NCBI GenBank assembly: GCA_031553195.1
Contig: JAVBLV010000001.1
Coordinates: 58,138-122,137, forward strand
From: Bacteroidales bacterium
GTDB taxonomy: Bacteria; Bacteroidota; Bacteroidia; Bacteroidales; P3
Length of the DNA: 64,000 nucleotides
Direction of reading: 5' to 3'
How positions within the stretch are numbered: the first letter of the stretch is position 1; each line of letters opens with the position of its first letter. The notes under the pieces were generated by a model. The model made no database searches and was not told the DNA's origin. It was given only the letters and a program-made list of their open reading frames with translations. Shown here in pieces: positions 30,467-40,648 of the stretch. A program made the translations under genes and the position numbers.

Positions 30467-30495
30467 CACTTTATCAAAAATAGATAACGTACATA

Positions 30496-31971
30496 ATGGC
30501 AAAAAATTTTGTAACACGATCTGAAAATTATTCAGAATGGTATAACGAGCTTGTAATAAAAGCTGATTTGGCTGAAAATTCGGCAGTTAGAGGTTGTATG
30601 GTCATTAAGCCCTATGGATATGCAATATGGGAAAAGATGCAACAAACTTTAGACAAAATGTTTAAAGATACGGGGCATGTGAACGCTTATTTCCCATTAT
30701 TTATTCCCAAATCATTTTTTGAAAAAGAAGCTGAACATGTGGAAGGTTTTGCCAAAGAATGCGCAGTGGTAACCCATTCTCGTTTGCGGGCAAAACAAGG
30801 TATGCAAACCTTGGAAGTGGATCCCGATTCGAAACTGGAAGAAGAATTAATTGTAAGGCCTACTTCCGAAACTATCATTTGGGATACTTATAAAAAATGG
30901 ATTCAATCTTATCGGGATTTGCCTATTTTGTGTAATCAATGGGCGAACGTAGTTCGTTGGGAAATGAGAACCCGCATGTTTCTGCGGACGGCTGAATTTC
31001 TTTGGCAAGAGGGTCATACAGCGCATGCCACAGAAGAAGAAGCTGTAGAGGAAGCGCGTAAAATGCTTGAAGTATATGCTACTTTTGCAGAAAAATGGTT
31101 AGCGATTCCGGTATTGAAAGGAAGGAAATCTGCCCAAGAACGTTTTGCAGGCGCGTTGGAGACTTTTTGCATCGAGGCTATGATGCAAGATGGAAAAGCG
31201 TTGCAGGCAGGCACCTCTCATTTTTTAGGGCAAAATTTTGCTAAAGCTTTTGACGTTAAATTTTTGAATAAGGAAAATAAATTGGAATATGTTTGGGCTA
31301 CGTCATGGGGCGTTTCTACCCGTTTGATGGGCGCCTTAATTATGACGCATTCGGATGATAACGGGTTGGTATTGCCTCCAAAATTAGCGCCTATTCAAGT
31401 GGTTATTATTCCTATCTATAAAAATGAAGAACAACTGGCGCAAATTTCGGAAAAAGTTTCGGAATGGAAAAAATCATTAGAGGATAAGGGAATTAGCGTA
31501 AAATATGACGACAGGGAATCTCATAAACCCGGATGGAAATTCAACGAATATGAATTCAAAGGGGTTCCTGTTCGAATTGCAATAGGCCCCCGCGATCTTG
31601 AGGAGGGAACCGTTGAGGTAAGCCGTCGCGACACGCTGGAAAAAGAAATTTTCCAACAAATCGACTTAGCTTCGAAAATTGAACACCTGTTAGAGAATAT
31701 TCAACAAAATTTATATCAGAAAGCCTTAACCCTACGGGAAGAAAAGACTTATAAGGCTGATACATGGGAAGAGTTTAAAGATATAATAGAGAATAAACAA
31801 GGTTTTGCGTTAGCACATTGGGATGGTACCAGCGAAACCGAACAAAAGATCAAGGAAGAAACCAAGGCCACTATACGTGTAATTACTTTTGACGGCGTAG
31901 AGGAAAGCGGAACTTGCATATATTCCGGAAGGCCCTCTGGCAGACGGGTAGTTTTTGCAAAAGCTTATTAA
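30496..31971 (+). CDS. proS: Proline--tRNA ligase (archaeal/eukaryote-like type)
   Basis: 491 aa. N-terminus [23 protein letters not shown], plus class II motifs ([13 protein letters not shown]). Confidence 0.9.
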   Translation: MAKNFVTRSENYSEWYNELVIKADLAENSAVRGCMVIKPYGYAIWEKMQQTLDKMFKDTGHVNAYFPLFIPKSFFEKEAEHVEGFAKECAVVTHSRLRAKQGMQTLEVDPDSKLEEELIVRPTSETIIWDTYKKWIQSYRDLPILCNQWANVVRWEMRTRMFLRTAEFLWQEGHTAHATEEEAVEEARKMLEVYATFAEKWLAIPVLKGRKSAQERFAGALETFCIEAMMQDGKALQAGTSHFLGQNFAKAFDVKFLNKENKLEYVWATSWGVSTRLMGALIMTHSDDNGLVLPPKLAPIQVVIIPIYKNEEQLAQISEKVSEWKKSLEDKGISVKYDDRESHKPGWKFNEYEFKGVPVRIAIGPRDLEEGTVEVSRRDTLEKEIFQQIDLASKIEHLLENIQQNLYQKALTLREEKTYKADTWEEFKDIIENKQGFALAHWDGTSETEQKIKEETKATIRVITFDGVEESGTCIYSGRPSGRRVVFAKAY

Positions 31972-32129
31972 CTTCGAAGATTGCTAATCGTTATAAGCAT
32001 AAGTAAAATAAATTTCTGAAATAGAAGTAATATCGATAAACGGATTAAAAAAACTTTTATAAGCAAATTGGATATTAACAAGGAAAGTTATGTTTTACGT
32101 TTATGCGAAAATAAAAACCTAAAAATATT

Positions 32130-33219
32130 ATGATCCCCAGCGAAATAATGAAAGACCTCGAAAAAAGGGTCGAGGACTTGAGGAGGTTCCTTTGACATTG
32201 ATGAAAAAATCAAACAAATAAAGGAAGAAGAAAAACAAACCCAGGAAGCGGATTTTTGGGAAGATCCTAAAGCAGCTAAGCTGTTGTTGTTGAAAATAAA
32301 AGAAAAAAAGATTTGGACAGACGCTTTTGCAGAAGTGCGCGAAAGTTTGGAAGACAGTAAAGTATTATACGAGTTTTTCGAACAAGGGGAAGCCGCCGAA
32401 GAAGAACTAAACAAACAATTGCAAGTTTCTTTGAACCTATTGGAAGCATTGGAATTTAAAAATATGCTTGGCAATGAAGAAGATCGTTTAGGCGCAATCA
32501 TTACAATTAACTCCGGAGCAGGAGGAACCGAAAGTCAGGATTGGGCGGAAATGTTGATGCGAATGTATATTCGCTGGGCGGAAAGAAACAAGTTCAAAAT
32601 AACCGAATTAGATATGCATGAGGGCGATTCGGCAGGAATCAAATCTGTTACTTTGGAAATAGACGGAGAATTTGCTTACGGATATTTAAAAGGGGAAAAT
32701 GGCGTGCATAGGTTGGTGCGGCTTTCGCCTTTCGATGCAGCCAATAAACGTCATACTTCTTTCGCTTCGGTATATGCATATCCGATTATTGATGAAAACA
32801 TAGAAATTGAGTTAAATCCGGCCGATATTACCTGGGATACGTTTCGTTCCGGCGGTCCCGGCGGACAAAACGTAAATAAAGTTGAAACGGCAGTTCGCTT
32901 AAAACATGAACCCAGCGGAATCATTATCGAATGTCAACAAACCCGTTCCCAATTACAAAACAGAGAAAAAGCTCTACAAATGTTGAAATCTCAATTATAT
33001 GAGATCGAACTTCGTAAAAAGAGGGAAAAAATTGCCGAAATAGAAGGAAGCAAAAAGAAAATTGAGTGGGGTTCGCAAATTCGTAACTACGTCATGCATC
33101 CTTATAAAATGGTAAAAGATTTACGCACAGGCGTTGAAACATCTAATGTTCAAGCGGTAATGGATGGAGATCTGGAGGCTTTTATAAAGGCTTATTTGAT
33201 GGAGTTTGCAAACGAGTAA
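32130..33219 (+). CDS. prfB: Peptide chain release factor 2, made by a programmed +1 frameshift: join(32130..32192, 32194..33219)
   Basis: Frame 0 reads [21 protein letters not shown] then TGA. The +1 frame continues [29 protein letters not shown] into the 311-aa ORF, which carries SPF and GGQ motifs ([24 protein letters not shown]). Confidence 0.9.
32181..32196 (+). promoter_or_regulatory. prfB +1 frameshift signal AGGAGG-TTC-CTT-TGA-C
   Basis: An SD-like AGGAGG lies 3 nt before the CTT TGA C slippery/stop context, the same architecture as in E. coli prfB. Confidence 0.85.
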
Positions 33220-33336
33220 GCAAATCAAATTTTCATTACGCATAAAACATAAAATTCGAATACAGATAATTCCATGATTTTTTAACATATTATAAATCAA
33301 TTATAAAATAGATTTTAATCATAAATTTTTTGTCGA

Positions 33337-34935
33337 ATGTTGAAAAAGATTCCCCATACATTTACGATTGTCTTTTTTCTGGTATTATTTGCAGCCGTAC
33401 TCACATGGATTATTCCCAGCGGAGAATACTCGCGCGAGCAAAAGGAGATCAACGGAAGCGTAAAAACGATTGTGGTTAATAATTCTTACCACAAAGTAGA
33501 AAAACAACCTCAAACATGGCAGATTTTTTCAGCCTTTTTTAAGGGTTTCGTAGATAAGGCCAATATTATTGTTTTTATTCTTATGGTCGGCGGCGCTTTC
33601 TGGATTTTAAACGGCACTAAGGCTATTGATGTGGGAATTATGGCCTTTTTACGCAAAATACAAAAACTGCAACACAAAAGATTCTTCAAACATTTGGGCG
33701 TTAACAATATTATCATGACGCTCATTATGATTATCTTTAGCTTATTTGGCGCTATTTTCGGAATGAGCGAAGAAACCATTGCTTTTGTTATTATTTTTGT
33801 TCCTTTGGCTATTTCTATGGGATATGATTCTATTACCGGACTATGTCTTTGTTATGTGGCGGCGCATGTCGGGTTTGCCGGCGCCATTTTGAATCCGTTT
33901 ACGATTGGAATTGCCCAGGGGATTGCCGACCTACCGCTCTTTTCCGGATTAGGCTACCGGGTATTTTGCTGGATTGTTTTGACAACCATTACCATTACAT
34001 TTGTATTATTATATGCCGCGCGAATAAAAAAGAATCCGCAAAAATCGTGGGTCTATGCGTTAGATAATTATTGGAGGAATCGGGCTCAGGCCAGCGAACA
34101 GGAAACAGTTGCATATCACACACCCCTTGCAGCATGGATAATATGGATTTTGCTTTCAGGAATAATGTTGGCATGTTCATTCATGTATCCTTGCACGGCA
34201 ATAGAATTAGGCGAAAGCAAATATGCTATTTATGCCGTGCCTGTTTTATCTGCTTTGTTCCTGATCAGCGGCTTTTTCGCATTACGTAAATCGGTGCATT
34301 TCTTTATTTTGGATATTCTTATTTTTACCATCCTCTTTCTGATTATCGGCGTTTTGGGATATCAATGGTATGTGGAAGAAATCGCATCTTTGTTTTTTGC
34401 CATGGGGATCTTTTCCGGATTGGCTTATCAAACTCATTTCGACAAATTGATGAAACAATTTTTGGAAGGAGCCAAAGATATTATGAACGCCGCTTTAGTG
34501 GTCGGTTTGGCCAGCGGAATTATTTTCATTTTACAAGATGGAAAAGTTTTGGATACCATCTTATACGGATTATCAAAGTCGTTGGCTAATTTAGGAGAAG
34601 TTGCCTCTACCGGCGTTATGTACGTTTTTCAAACAGGTTTGAATCTCATTATGCCGTCAGGGTCTGCCAAAGCTGCCCTGACCATGCCGTTAATGTCTCA
34701 ATTCTCCGACTTAATCGACGTTTCGCGCCAAACAACGGTTTTAGCATTCCAATTTGGCGATGGCTTTACCAATATGATAACGCCAACCTCGGGAGTTTTG
34801 CTCGGATGTTTGGGTGTTGCCCGTATTCCTTATACTATTTGGTTTCGGTGGATTTATAAATCTATCCTGATTCTCATTCTGATCGGTTTCTTATTAATTT
34901 TACCGACGCTGTATTTGCATTTAACAGGGTTCTAG
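33337..34935 (+). CDS. YfcC/DcuC-type multi-pass membrane transporter
   Basis: 532 aa with about 12 hydrophobic helices. Overall resemblance to the YfcC family. Substrate unknown. Confidence 0.5.
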   Translation: MLKKIPHTFTIVFFLVLFAAVLTWIIPSGEYSREQKEINGSVKTIVVNNSYHKVEKQPQTWQIFSAFFKGFVDKANIIVFILMVGGAFWILNGTKAIDVGIMAFLRKIQKLQHKRFFKHLGVNNIIMTLIMIIFSLFGAIFGMSEETIAFVIIFVPLAISMGYDSITGLCLCYVAAHVGFAGAILNPFTIGIAQGIADLPLFSGLGYRVFCWIVLTTITITFVLLYAARIKKNPQKSWVYALDNYWRNRAQASEQETVAYHTPLAAWIIWILLSGIMLACSFMYPCTAIELGESKYAIYAVPVLSALFLISGFFALRKSVHFFILDILIFTILFLIIGVLGYQWYVEEIASLFFAMGIFSGLAYQTHFDKLMKQFLEGAKDIMNAALVVGLASGIIFILQDGKVLDTILYGLSKSLANLGEVASTGVMYVFQTGLNLIMPSGSAKAALTMPLMSQFSDLIDVSRQTTVLAFQFGDGFTNMITPTSGVLLGCLGVARIPYTIWFRWIYKSILILILIGFLLILPTLYLHLTGF

Positions 34936-34936
34936 C

Positions 34937-35081
34937 AGGGTTTCAAATTTTTGTGGGAAAGGTTTTGAGAGATAAAAATAGCGCATTTGCAGGCGGAATT
35001 TTTCAAGAATAGCAGCGCTTATTTGGGAAAAGTTCCAACAAAAAAGAGCATTTTTAGGCTCAAAATACTTTTTAAACACCT
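34937..35081 (-). repeat. Copy 3 of the palindromic intergenic repeat, with a ~14-nt internal deletion
   Basis: AGGGTTTCAAATTTTTGTGGGAAAGG ... GGAATTTTTCAAGAATAGCAGCGCTTATTTGGG ... CTCAAAATACTTTTTAAACACCT. Starts 1 nt after the transporter stop codon. Confidence 0.8.
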
Positions 35082-35119
35082 TCTAAAATATAGCGTCTCA
35101 AAATGAATCAAATTATGTG

Positions 35120-35127
35120 TAACTTTG
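35120..35127 (+). promoter_or_regulatory. -7 box TAACTTTG upstream of gldH
   Basis: Matches TAnnTTTG, 32 nt before the ATG at 35159. Confidence 0.45.
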
Positions 35128-35158
35128 AAAGTGTTAAACTATAAATCTGGCTATAACA

Positions 35159-35650
35159 ATGAAGAAACTACGTATTTCTATTATGCTTTTCATTATTTTA
35201 TTGATGGGAGCTTGCAGTTCAAAAACAGTTTTTGACGAACGTTTTCAGTTCACGGATTATAAATGGAATCATTTTAAACCAATTGTTTTTACGGTAAACA
35301 TAACGGATATAAACATCTGTTATGATTTATTATTAACCCTACGTTATATTCCTCAGATACCTTACGAAAAATTTCCTGTATTAATTCAAATTAAAGACCC
35401 GTCGGGAGGAGAACGCACTTTTACGCATACTTTTAAAATTAAAGACCCTGATGGAAATTTAATAGGGGAAGGATTGGGCGATTTGTGGGATTTGGAAGAT
35501 AAAGCTAAGGAGTATTTCTTTTTTAACGAAACAGGGAAATATGAATTTAAAATTAGCCAGTACACGCAATATTATGATGCCGTGTGTATAATGGATCTGG
35601 GTTTGAAGATTAACAAATCGAAGATCGATTATAACATTGAAAGCGAATAA
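35159..35650 (+). CDS. gldH: Gliding-motility/T9SS-associated lipoprotein GldH
   Basis: 163 aa. Lipobox LMGAC. VFDERFQF..W, LR..P..PY and DPDGNLIGEGLGD align by eye with remembered GldH features. Confidence 0.5.
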   Translation: MKKLRISIMLFIILLMGACSSKTVFDERFQFTDYKWNHFKPIVFTVNITDINICYDLLLTLRYIPQIPYEKFPVLIQIKDPSGGERTFTHTFKIKDPDGNLIGEGLGDLWDLEDKAKEYFFFNETGKYEFKISQYTQYYDAVCIMDLGLKINKSKIDYNIESE

Positions 35651-35774
35651 TTTTGATAGATATAAATCTGTGTTTTAAAAAGATTAAAAACAAAAGGAAG
35701 TTTTTATATTTTGAACAAAATATATGATTAGTTGTTTCCTTTAACGATACCTTAAAACTTTAAATGTTATAATT

Positions 35775-36446
35775 ATGAAAAAGCTTCATTTAGTAATCTC
35801 AGCATGTTGCATTGCCTTATTACCGTTCTCCTCCTGTAATAGAAACGCTTCGGAAAATAAAACACAAGCTTCCGATTCTCAGGAATTAGCAGAAAGCGGA
35901 ATTTCGTCAAAACATTTAGCCGTAGATATTCTAGAGTCTAAAATCTATTGGAAGGGCTCCATGCCTCTGAATAGTCATCACGGAACGTTGGGTCTTAAAG
36001 AAGGGAATCTTTACATTAATGGAACTCAACTGGAATCGGGAAATTTCATAATAGATATGAACACTATTTTTTGTGAAGATTTGAAAGATCCTAAAATGAG
36101 CGAAAAATTAATCGGTCATTTGCAGAGTCCTGACTTTTTTGATGTAGGAAAATATCCCGAAGGACGATTTGCAATAACAAAAGTAGAGGATTTTGCTACG
36201 GATTCCACGACTCATCGCATAAACGGTAATTTATATTTAAAAGGAGTGGAGAAAAATATATCTTTCACAGCTAAGATTACCAAAGAAGGCGAAATCTATA
36301 AAGCTGTCGCAGGTCCTTTTACTATTGACCGCACCCAATGGGGAGTAAATTATAAATCAAAGAATATTTTTAAAGATTTACAAGATTCGTTTATTAAAGA
36401 CGAAATTGAAATACGTTTGCTTATCTTGGCTAAAGAAGCAAAATAG
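35775..36446 (+). CDS. YceI-family lipoprotein
   Basis: 223 aa. Lipobox-like FSSC. GNLYLKGVEKNISF and the IDRTQWGV pattern are typical of YceI. Confidence 0.7.
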   Translation: MKKLHLVISACCIALLPFSSCNRNASENKTQASDSQELAESGISSKHLAVDILESKIYWKGSMPLNSHHGTLGLKEGNLYINGTQLESGNFIIDMNTIFCEDLKDPKMSEKLIGHLQSPDFFDVGKYPEGRFAITKVEDFATDSTTHRINGNLYLKGVEKNISFTAKITKEGEIYKAVAGPFTIDRTQWGVNYKSKNIFKDLQDSFIKDEIEIRLLILAKEAK

Positions 36447-36477
36447 AATCCTTGTTTTTCCCTCTTTTTTGAATTAT

Positions 36478-37161
36478 TTAAAAGAGAGGGAAAAACCGGA
36501 TAACGACAAGATAGGCGAAATAACCGGCAAACCCATTAAAAGCTAAAGCCCAAACAAAAGCGGGAATATAAGTTGTAGCGGCCAAATTAGCGGCGTCTCC
36601 ACTTTGCTTTGGTTCTTGTCCGGCTATTTTTAATAACACCAACGAAGAGTATATATTCTCAAAAAAAATTGCAAAGGCGAAAAACAAAGTTAATAACCGG
36701 TTAACCCAAGAGATAGAATAATAGATCAGAACAATATTTAATGCCATAAATAAGGCCAGCCAAACGATCCCGAATGTATTTCTTACCCAGAAAATAAGGT
36801 TGATAGCCGCTAAAGCAATGAATCCCCAAAGCACATAATGATATTTGTGTATACTTGCCAGATAAAAAATGACATAAGTAACCAAAGTGCAGGAGGAATA
36901 TCCTGCAAGGCTGGTCAGCAACTTGCTTATCCAATATTTAGACGTTGTCAGGGCTTGTCCCGAAGTATTCCTATTCAATTTAATATTACAAACCGTTCCG
37001 CTCGTAACAAGCGCGACAATGGCGTGTCCGCTTTCGTGAATAAATGTGTTTAGTAAACGAAAAACAATACCGATTTTAGGGAGAAATAAAAAAAGTAAGG
37101 CAGCGACTAAAACAGCGTAGAAAAGAACTGTTTGATTTGACAAAAAAGAATTCATATTCAA
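36478..37161 (-). CDS. M50B-family integral-membrane metallopeptidase
   Basis: 227 aa. HESGHAIVA (HExxH) within a multi-TM protein. Confidence 0.6.
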   Translation of the reverse strand: MNMNSFLSNQTVLFYAVLVAALLFLFLPKIGIVFRLLNTFIHESGHAIVALVTSGTVCNIKLNRNTSGQALTTSKYWISKLLTSLAGYSSCTLVTYVIFYLASIHKYHYVLWGFIALAAINLIFWVRNTFGIVWLALFMALNIVLIYYSISWVNRLLTLFFAFAIFFENIYSSLVLLKIAGQEPKQSGDAANLAATTYIPAFVWALAFNGFAGYFAYLVVIRFFPLF

Positions 37162-37910
37162 TCATTATTCCAAATATGCCAAGCTCTTTCAGCTTGCAGA
37201 TGTAGCATCTCCAGTCCATTCTTTATTTCGGCTTCATATTTTTCTCCCTCCTGTAAAAATTTTGTCTTTTCAGGATTATAAATCAAATCATACAATAGAT
37301 GATTCGTTGTGAGATATCTAAACGGGAATGGCAACATTTCATTATTATAAGGGAACATTCCGACAGGAGTTGTGTTAATAATCAGTGTATTTGTTTTTAT
37401 CATCCCTTCTGATAAATCATTATAAGAAAGGCAACTTCCAATTACTTTGTTTCGACTTACAAATTGGAAAGAAATTTTTAATTCCTTTAAAACGAAGGCA
37501 ACAGCTTGAGCCGCTCCCCCGGTTCCTAAAATTAACGCTTCGGTATGCCAGGGTTTCAATAAAGGAAGCAACGACGCCTTGAAGCCATATACGTCTGTAT
37601 TATATCCTATTGTTTCTTGTCTCTTTCCAGATCTATTTATTTTAACTACATTTACAGCGCCAACAGCATCTGCCACAGGATCAATTTCATCTAGAAAGAA
37701 CATAATACTTTTCTTATATGGAATGGTTACATTAAAACCATGTAAATTAGAATATTTTTCAAGAAATTCGGGGATAAGGCTTATTCCTGCTAATGGAAAA
37801 AATTTATATTCACATTTTGTGATTCCTTCTTGCTCAAATTTTTGTTTGAAATAAACAGGCGAAAAAGAGTGTCCTAACTCTACGCCTATAATTCCATATA
37901 GCTTATCCAT
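37158..37910 (-). CDS. aroE: Shikimate dehydrogenase
   Basis: 250 aa. GIIGVELGHSFSPVYF, NVTIPYK, GYNTD, GTGGAAQAV. Confidence 0.8.
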   Translation of the reverse strand: MDKLYGIIGVELGHSFSPVYFKQKFEQEGITKCEYKFFPLAGISLIPEFLEKYSNLHGFNVTIPYKKSIMFFLDEIDPVADAVGAVNVVKINRSGKRQETIGYNTDVYGFKASLLPLLKPWHTEALILGTGGAAQAVAFVLKELKISFQFVSRNKVIGSCLSYNDLSEGMIKTNTLIINTTPVGMFPYNNEMLPFPFRYLTTNHLLYDLIYNPEKTKFLQEGEKYEAEIKNGLEMLHLQAERAWHIWNND

Positions 37911-38561
37911 TTATTTCTTCCTTTTTCTTTTCTTTTTTAATCCATTATAAATTAAAAATAGAATAAATAGTATCCCCAGAACAAGCATTCCCATTGAAAG
38001 TTCAAAGAAATACTTATCGAATAAATCAATTCCTTGAACCAATACAAAATATCCTAGCAATACTAAAATAATATTCCAAAGACCGCCCCCAAGAAAAGTA
38101 TACAAACTAAAGTATCCCAAATTCATTCTTGCTAAACCGGCAGGAATTGAAATCAACTGACGGATAACCGGTATCAATCGTCCGATAAATGTCGAAGCCT
38201 TTCCGTGTTTTACAAAATAATTTTCGGCTTTTTCAATTTTAGACGCATTAATCAGGCACGCATGGGCTAACCGCGTATCTGCTAATTTATAGATGACCGG
38301 ACGTCCGAGATACATAGAAAGGAAATAATTAAAATAAGCGCCGATCATGCATCCTACTGTTGCCGATAGAAATATTATAAAAACATTGATATTCGTCGTT
38401 TTTGCTGCAAGCATAGCTGCCGGTGGGACAATAATTTCGGAAGGAAATGGAATGAACGAACTTTCAATAGCCATTAATCCCATAACGACCAAGTAAATGT
38501 AGACAGGCGGAATGCTTCCAAAATATTCAATCATCGATTGGATTGACGTAAATGCCTCCAT
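37911..38561 (-). CDS. DedA-family membrane protein
   Basis: 216 aa. FIPFPSEIIVPPAA and FIGRLIPVIRQLISIPAG motifs. Confidence 0.7.
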   Translation of the reverse strand: MEAFTSIQSMIEYFGSIPPVYIYLVVMGLMAIESSFIPFPSEIIVPPAAMLAAKTTNINVFIIFLSATVGCMIGAYFNYFLSMYLGRPVIYKLADTRLAHACLINASKIEKAENYFVKHGKASTFIGRLIPVIRQLISIPAGLARMNLGYFSLYTFLGGGLWNIILVLLGYFVLVQGIDLFDKYFFELSMGMLVLGILFILFLIYNGLKKKRKRKK

Positions 38562-38572
38562 TATAAGTTATT

Positions 38573-39973
38573 TTAGCTATTTAAATAATTTATTATCTCC
38601 CAATTATCCATCATTTCGGGACAGTATTTTTGAATGTTTTGAAGCGTTCTTTCCTTTTCGATTGCAATCGATTTGCTTAATGTCAAACAACACAAATAGA
38701 TATCGCCTTTTAAAAAACAATAAATGGCTGTTAAACTTATCAAATCCGGCGAGTCAGGAACTTCTGTTTTCCCTTTTTCCAATATTTCTAACGCTTCTCC
38801 GTACAATTCCTGAATTCCATATAATTGAGCGTATTTAAACCACGCTTCTTCACAAGCGGGATACAAATCCGTCAATTTCTTAAAATTCAAATGCGCTTCG
38901 GCCCACAAATGTTCTTGCGTTTGTATATCTGCAATGGTTAATAAAACTTCTATGCTTTCTGGACTCAGTTCCATTGCTTTTTTTAAATATGGGAAAGCAG
39001 AACCCAGATCGTCCATTTCATAAAAGCAAATTCCTACCCCTAGCCATGCTTCGGCAATATATGGGTCTAAATCAATGGCTTTTTTATAGTAAGCAGAAGC
39101 TGTTTCCCAATTTTCCAACTTTTCGAAGCATTCTGCAATAGATAGATAGAACCAAGATTTTTCACAATGGAAAGGTAAGCCTTCTTTTAAAACCTTAATA
39201 GCATCATGATATTTTTCCAACAAAATAAAACAATTCGCTTTTGCCGCATAGGCAGGTATATATTCATCATCTATAGCCAACACATAATCGAACGCATCTA
39301 TAGCTTTTTCGAACAGAGAGGTATTTTGATAACATGTTCCTAAACCGTACCATGCTATTTTTGAATAAGGATTCCTTTTTATGTACCCCGATAAAAACTC
39401 CAGACTCTCCTCTTCCCGTTCCCCCATTTCGATATTCATCAACAATTCATAAAATGTATTCTCATTTCCAGGGTTATACGATAAAGCCTTTTTGCAATAT
39501 TCAATGGCTTTATCATATTTGCCTAAATTATGATACTCAAAAGCAATATTGGTGTATATCTCGTCTAAATCTTCTCCTTGTTTGGTTGCCTTATTATATT
39601 CTTCAATTGCCTTTTCGTAACGTTGTAATTGACTGTATATGGCTCCCTTGGCAAAGTGAATTTCAATATTTCCGGGTTCTATGTGTTCAATGCTGTTTAA
39701 TATTTTCAGCGCTTCTTCCGATTTTTCGGAAATGGCAAGTAATTGAGCTTGCCTAAGCAATACAGGTATAGATTGGGGGAATAGATTAACGGCATGCTCA
39801 ATAGCCTTCTTCATTGAATCTAATTGTTCATTTTCAAAATAATAGTCGATAATACATTCAAATTCGTCAATATCGAAATATGAATGTTGTTTTTTCGACA
39901 ACATTTCTTCAAATCGAAAAATCAAGTCTTTGAAAGCGGCGCTATAACCGTCTTCGTATTTCTTATTACTCAT
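38573..39973 (-). CDS. Tetratricopeptide-repeat protein
   Basis: 466 aa with many 34-residue A..Y..A...P repeats. Confidence 0.7.
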   Translation of the reverse strand: MSNKKYEDGYSAAFKDLIFRFEEMLSKKQHSYFDIDEFECIIDYYFENEQLDSMKKAIEHAVNLFPQSIPVLLRQAQLLAISEKSEEALKILNSIEHIEPGNIEIHFAKGAIYSQLQRYEKAIEEYNKATKQGEDLDEIYTNIAFEYHNLGKYDKAIEYCKKALSYNPGNENTFYELLMNIEMGEREEESLEFLSGYIKRNPYSKIAWYGLGTCYQNTSLFEKAIDAFDYVLAIDDEYIPAYAAKANCFILLEKYHDAIKVLKEGLPFHCEKSWFYLSIAECFEKLENWETASAYYKKAIDLDPYIAEAWLGVGICFYEMDDLGSAFPYLKKAMELSPESIEVLLTIADIQTQEHLWAEAHLNFKKLTDLYPACEEAWFKYAQLYGIQELYGEALEILEKGKTEVPDSPDLISLTAIYCFLKGDIYLCCLTLSKSIAIEKERTLQNIQKYCPEMMDNWEIINYLNS

Positions 39974-39996
39974 TCAACAAGGCATAAATCAAGTTT

Positions 39997-40004
39997 ACAA
40001 AGAT
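39997..40004 (-). promoter_or_regulatory. -7 box TATCTTTG (plus-strand CAAAGATA) for the TPR gene
   Basis: Matches TAnnTTTG, 24 nt upstream of the start at 39973. Confidence 0.45.
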
Positions 40005-40218
40005 ACGAAACAAAACACAATAAATAAGAGAAAATACAATCTGAGATTCTCTGGTTTTATTCGTGTATATAACGGCATTATTTATTAAAATCGCACATTT
40101 CCAACTTTGCAAAACGAATGCATCCTATATTTTAATACAAAATGGCTTCATCCTATTTTTACGAAGCATCGTTATTTTCAAATTGGTCATTCCCGAATCA
40201 ATGGTAAATCGACTTTAA

Positions 40219-40378
40219 GTAACTGTTTAAAAATTTTTCCATGAAGTATTTTGGATCTAAAAACGCTCTTTTCTGTTGGAAATTTTACCAAATAAGCGCT
40301 GCTATTCTTGAAAAATCCCGCCTGCAAAATAGTTGTTTTTATCTCTCAAAATCTTTTCCATAAAAATTTAGACAACCT
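40219..40378 (+). repeat. Copy 4 of the palindromic intergenic repeat
   Basis: GTAACTGTTTAAAAATTTTTCCATGAAGTATTTTGG ... TTCTTGAAAAATCCCGCCTGCAAA ... AAAAATTTAGACAACCT. Lies in the divergent TPR/pckA spacer. Confidence 0.85.
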
Positions 40379-40583
40379 CTAAGAATTGAAATAATAAAAT
40401 TAACAAACAATATGTTTGTAAGCGTCATTCATTAAAAACCCTCGTATAAAAAATTCATATTCTTTCGCTCTTCTTACTTTATTCGAATACTTTATATGTG
40501 TGCAATCATATATGTAATCATCTGATATAAGAAGAATTAAATATTTATCTCATAGACATATACGTTCGATTGGGTTTTTTTAT

Positions 40584-40591
40584 TACCTTTG
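40584..40591 (+). promoter_or_regulatory. -7 box TACCTTTG for pckA
   Basis: Matches TAnnTTTG, 58 nt before the ATG at 40649. Confidence 0.5.
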
Positions 40592-40648
40592 CATAAACCA
40601 CTAAAACAAAATTAATAGAAACCACAAAAACTCCTATTCTATAAAATC

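Noticed and set aside
32088-32501. 137-aa minus-strand ORF
   Set aside because: It is antisense to the prfB N-terminal region and frameshift site. prfB explains this DNA completely.
34924-34942. CAGGGTT duplication as a target-site duplication for repeat copy 3
   Set aside because: The heptamer is not repeated at the other end of the element (35081). Flanks of the other copies give inconsistent candidates (TGA/TGA at copy 2, nothing clear at copy 1), so no TSD can be claimed.
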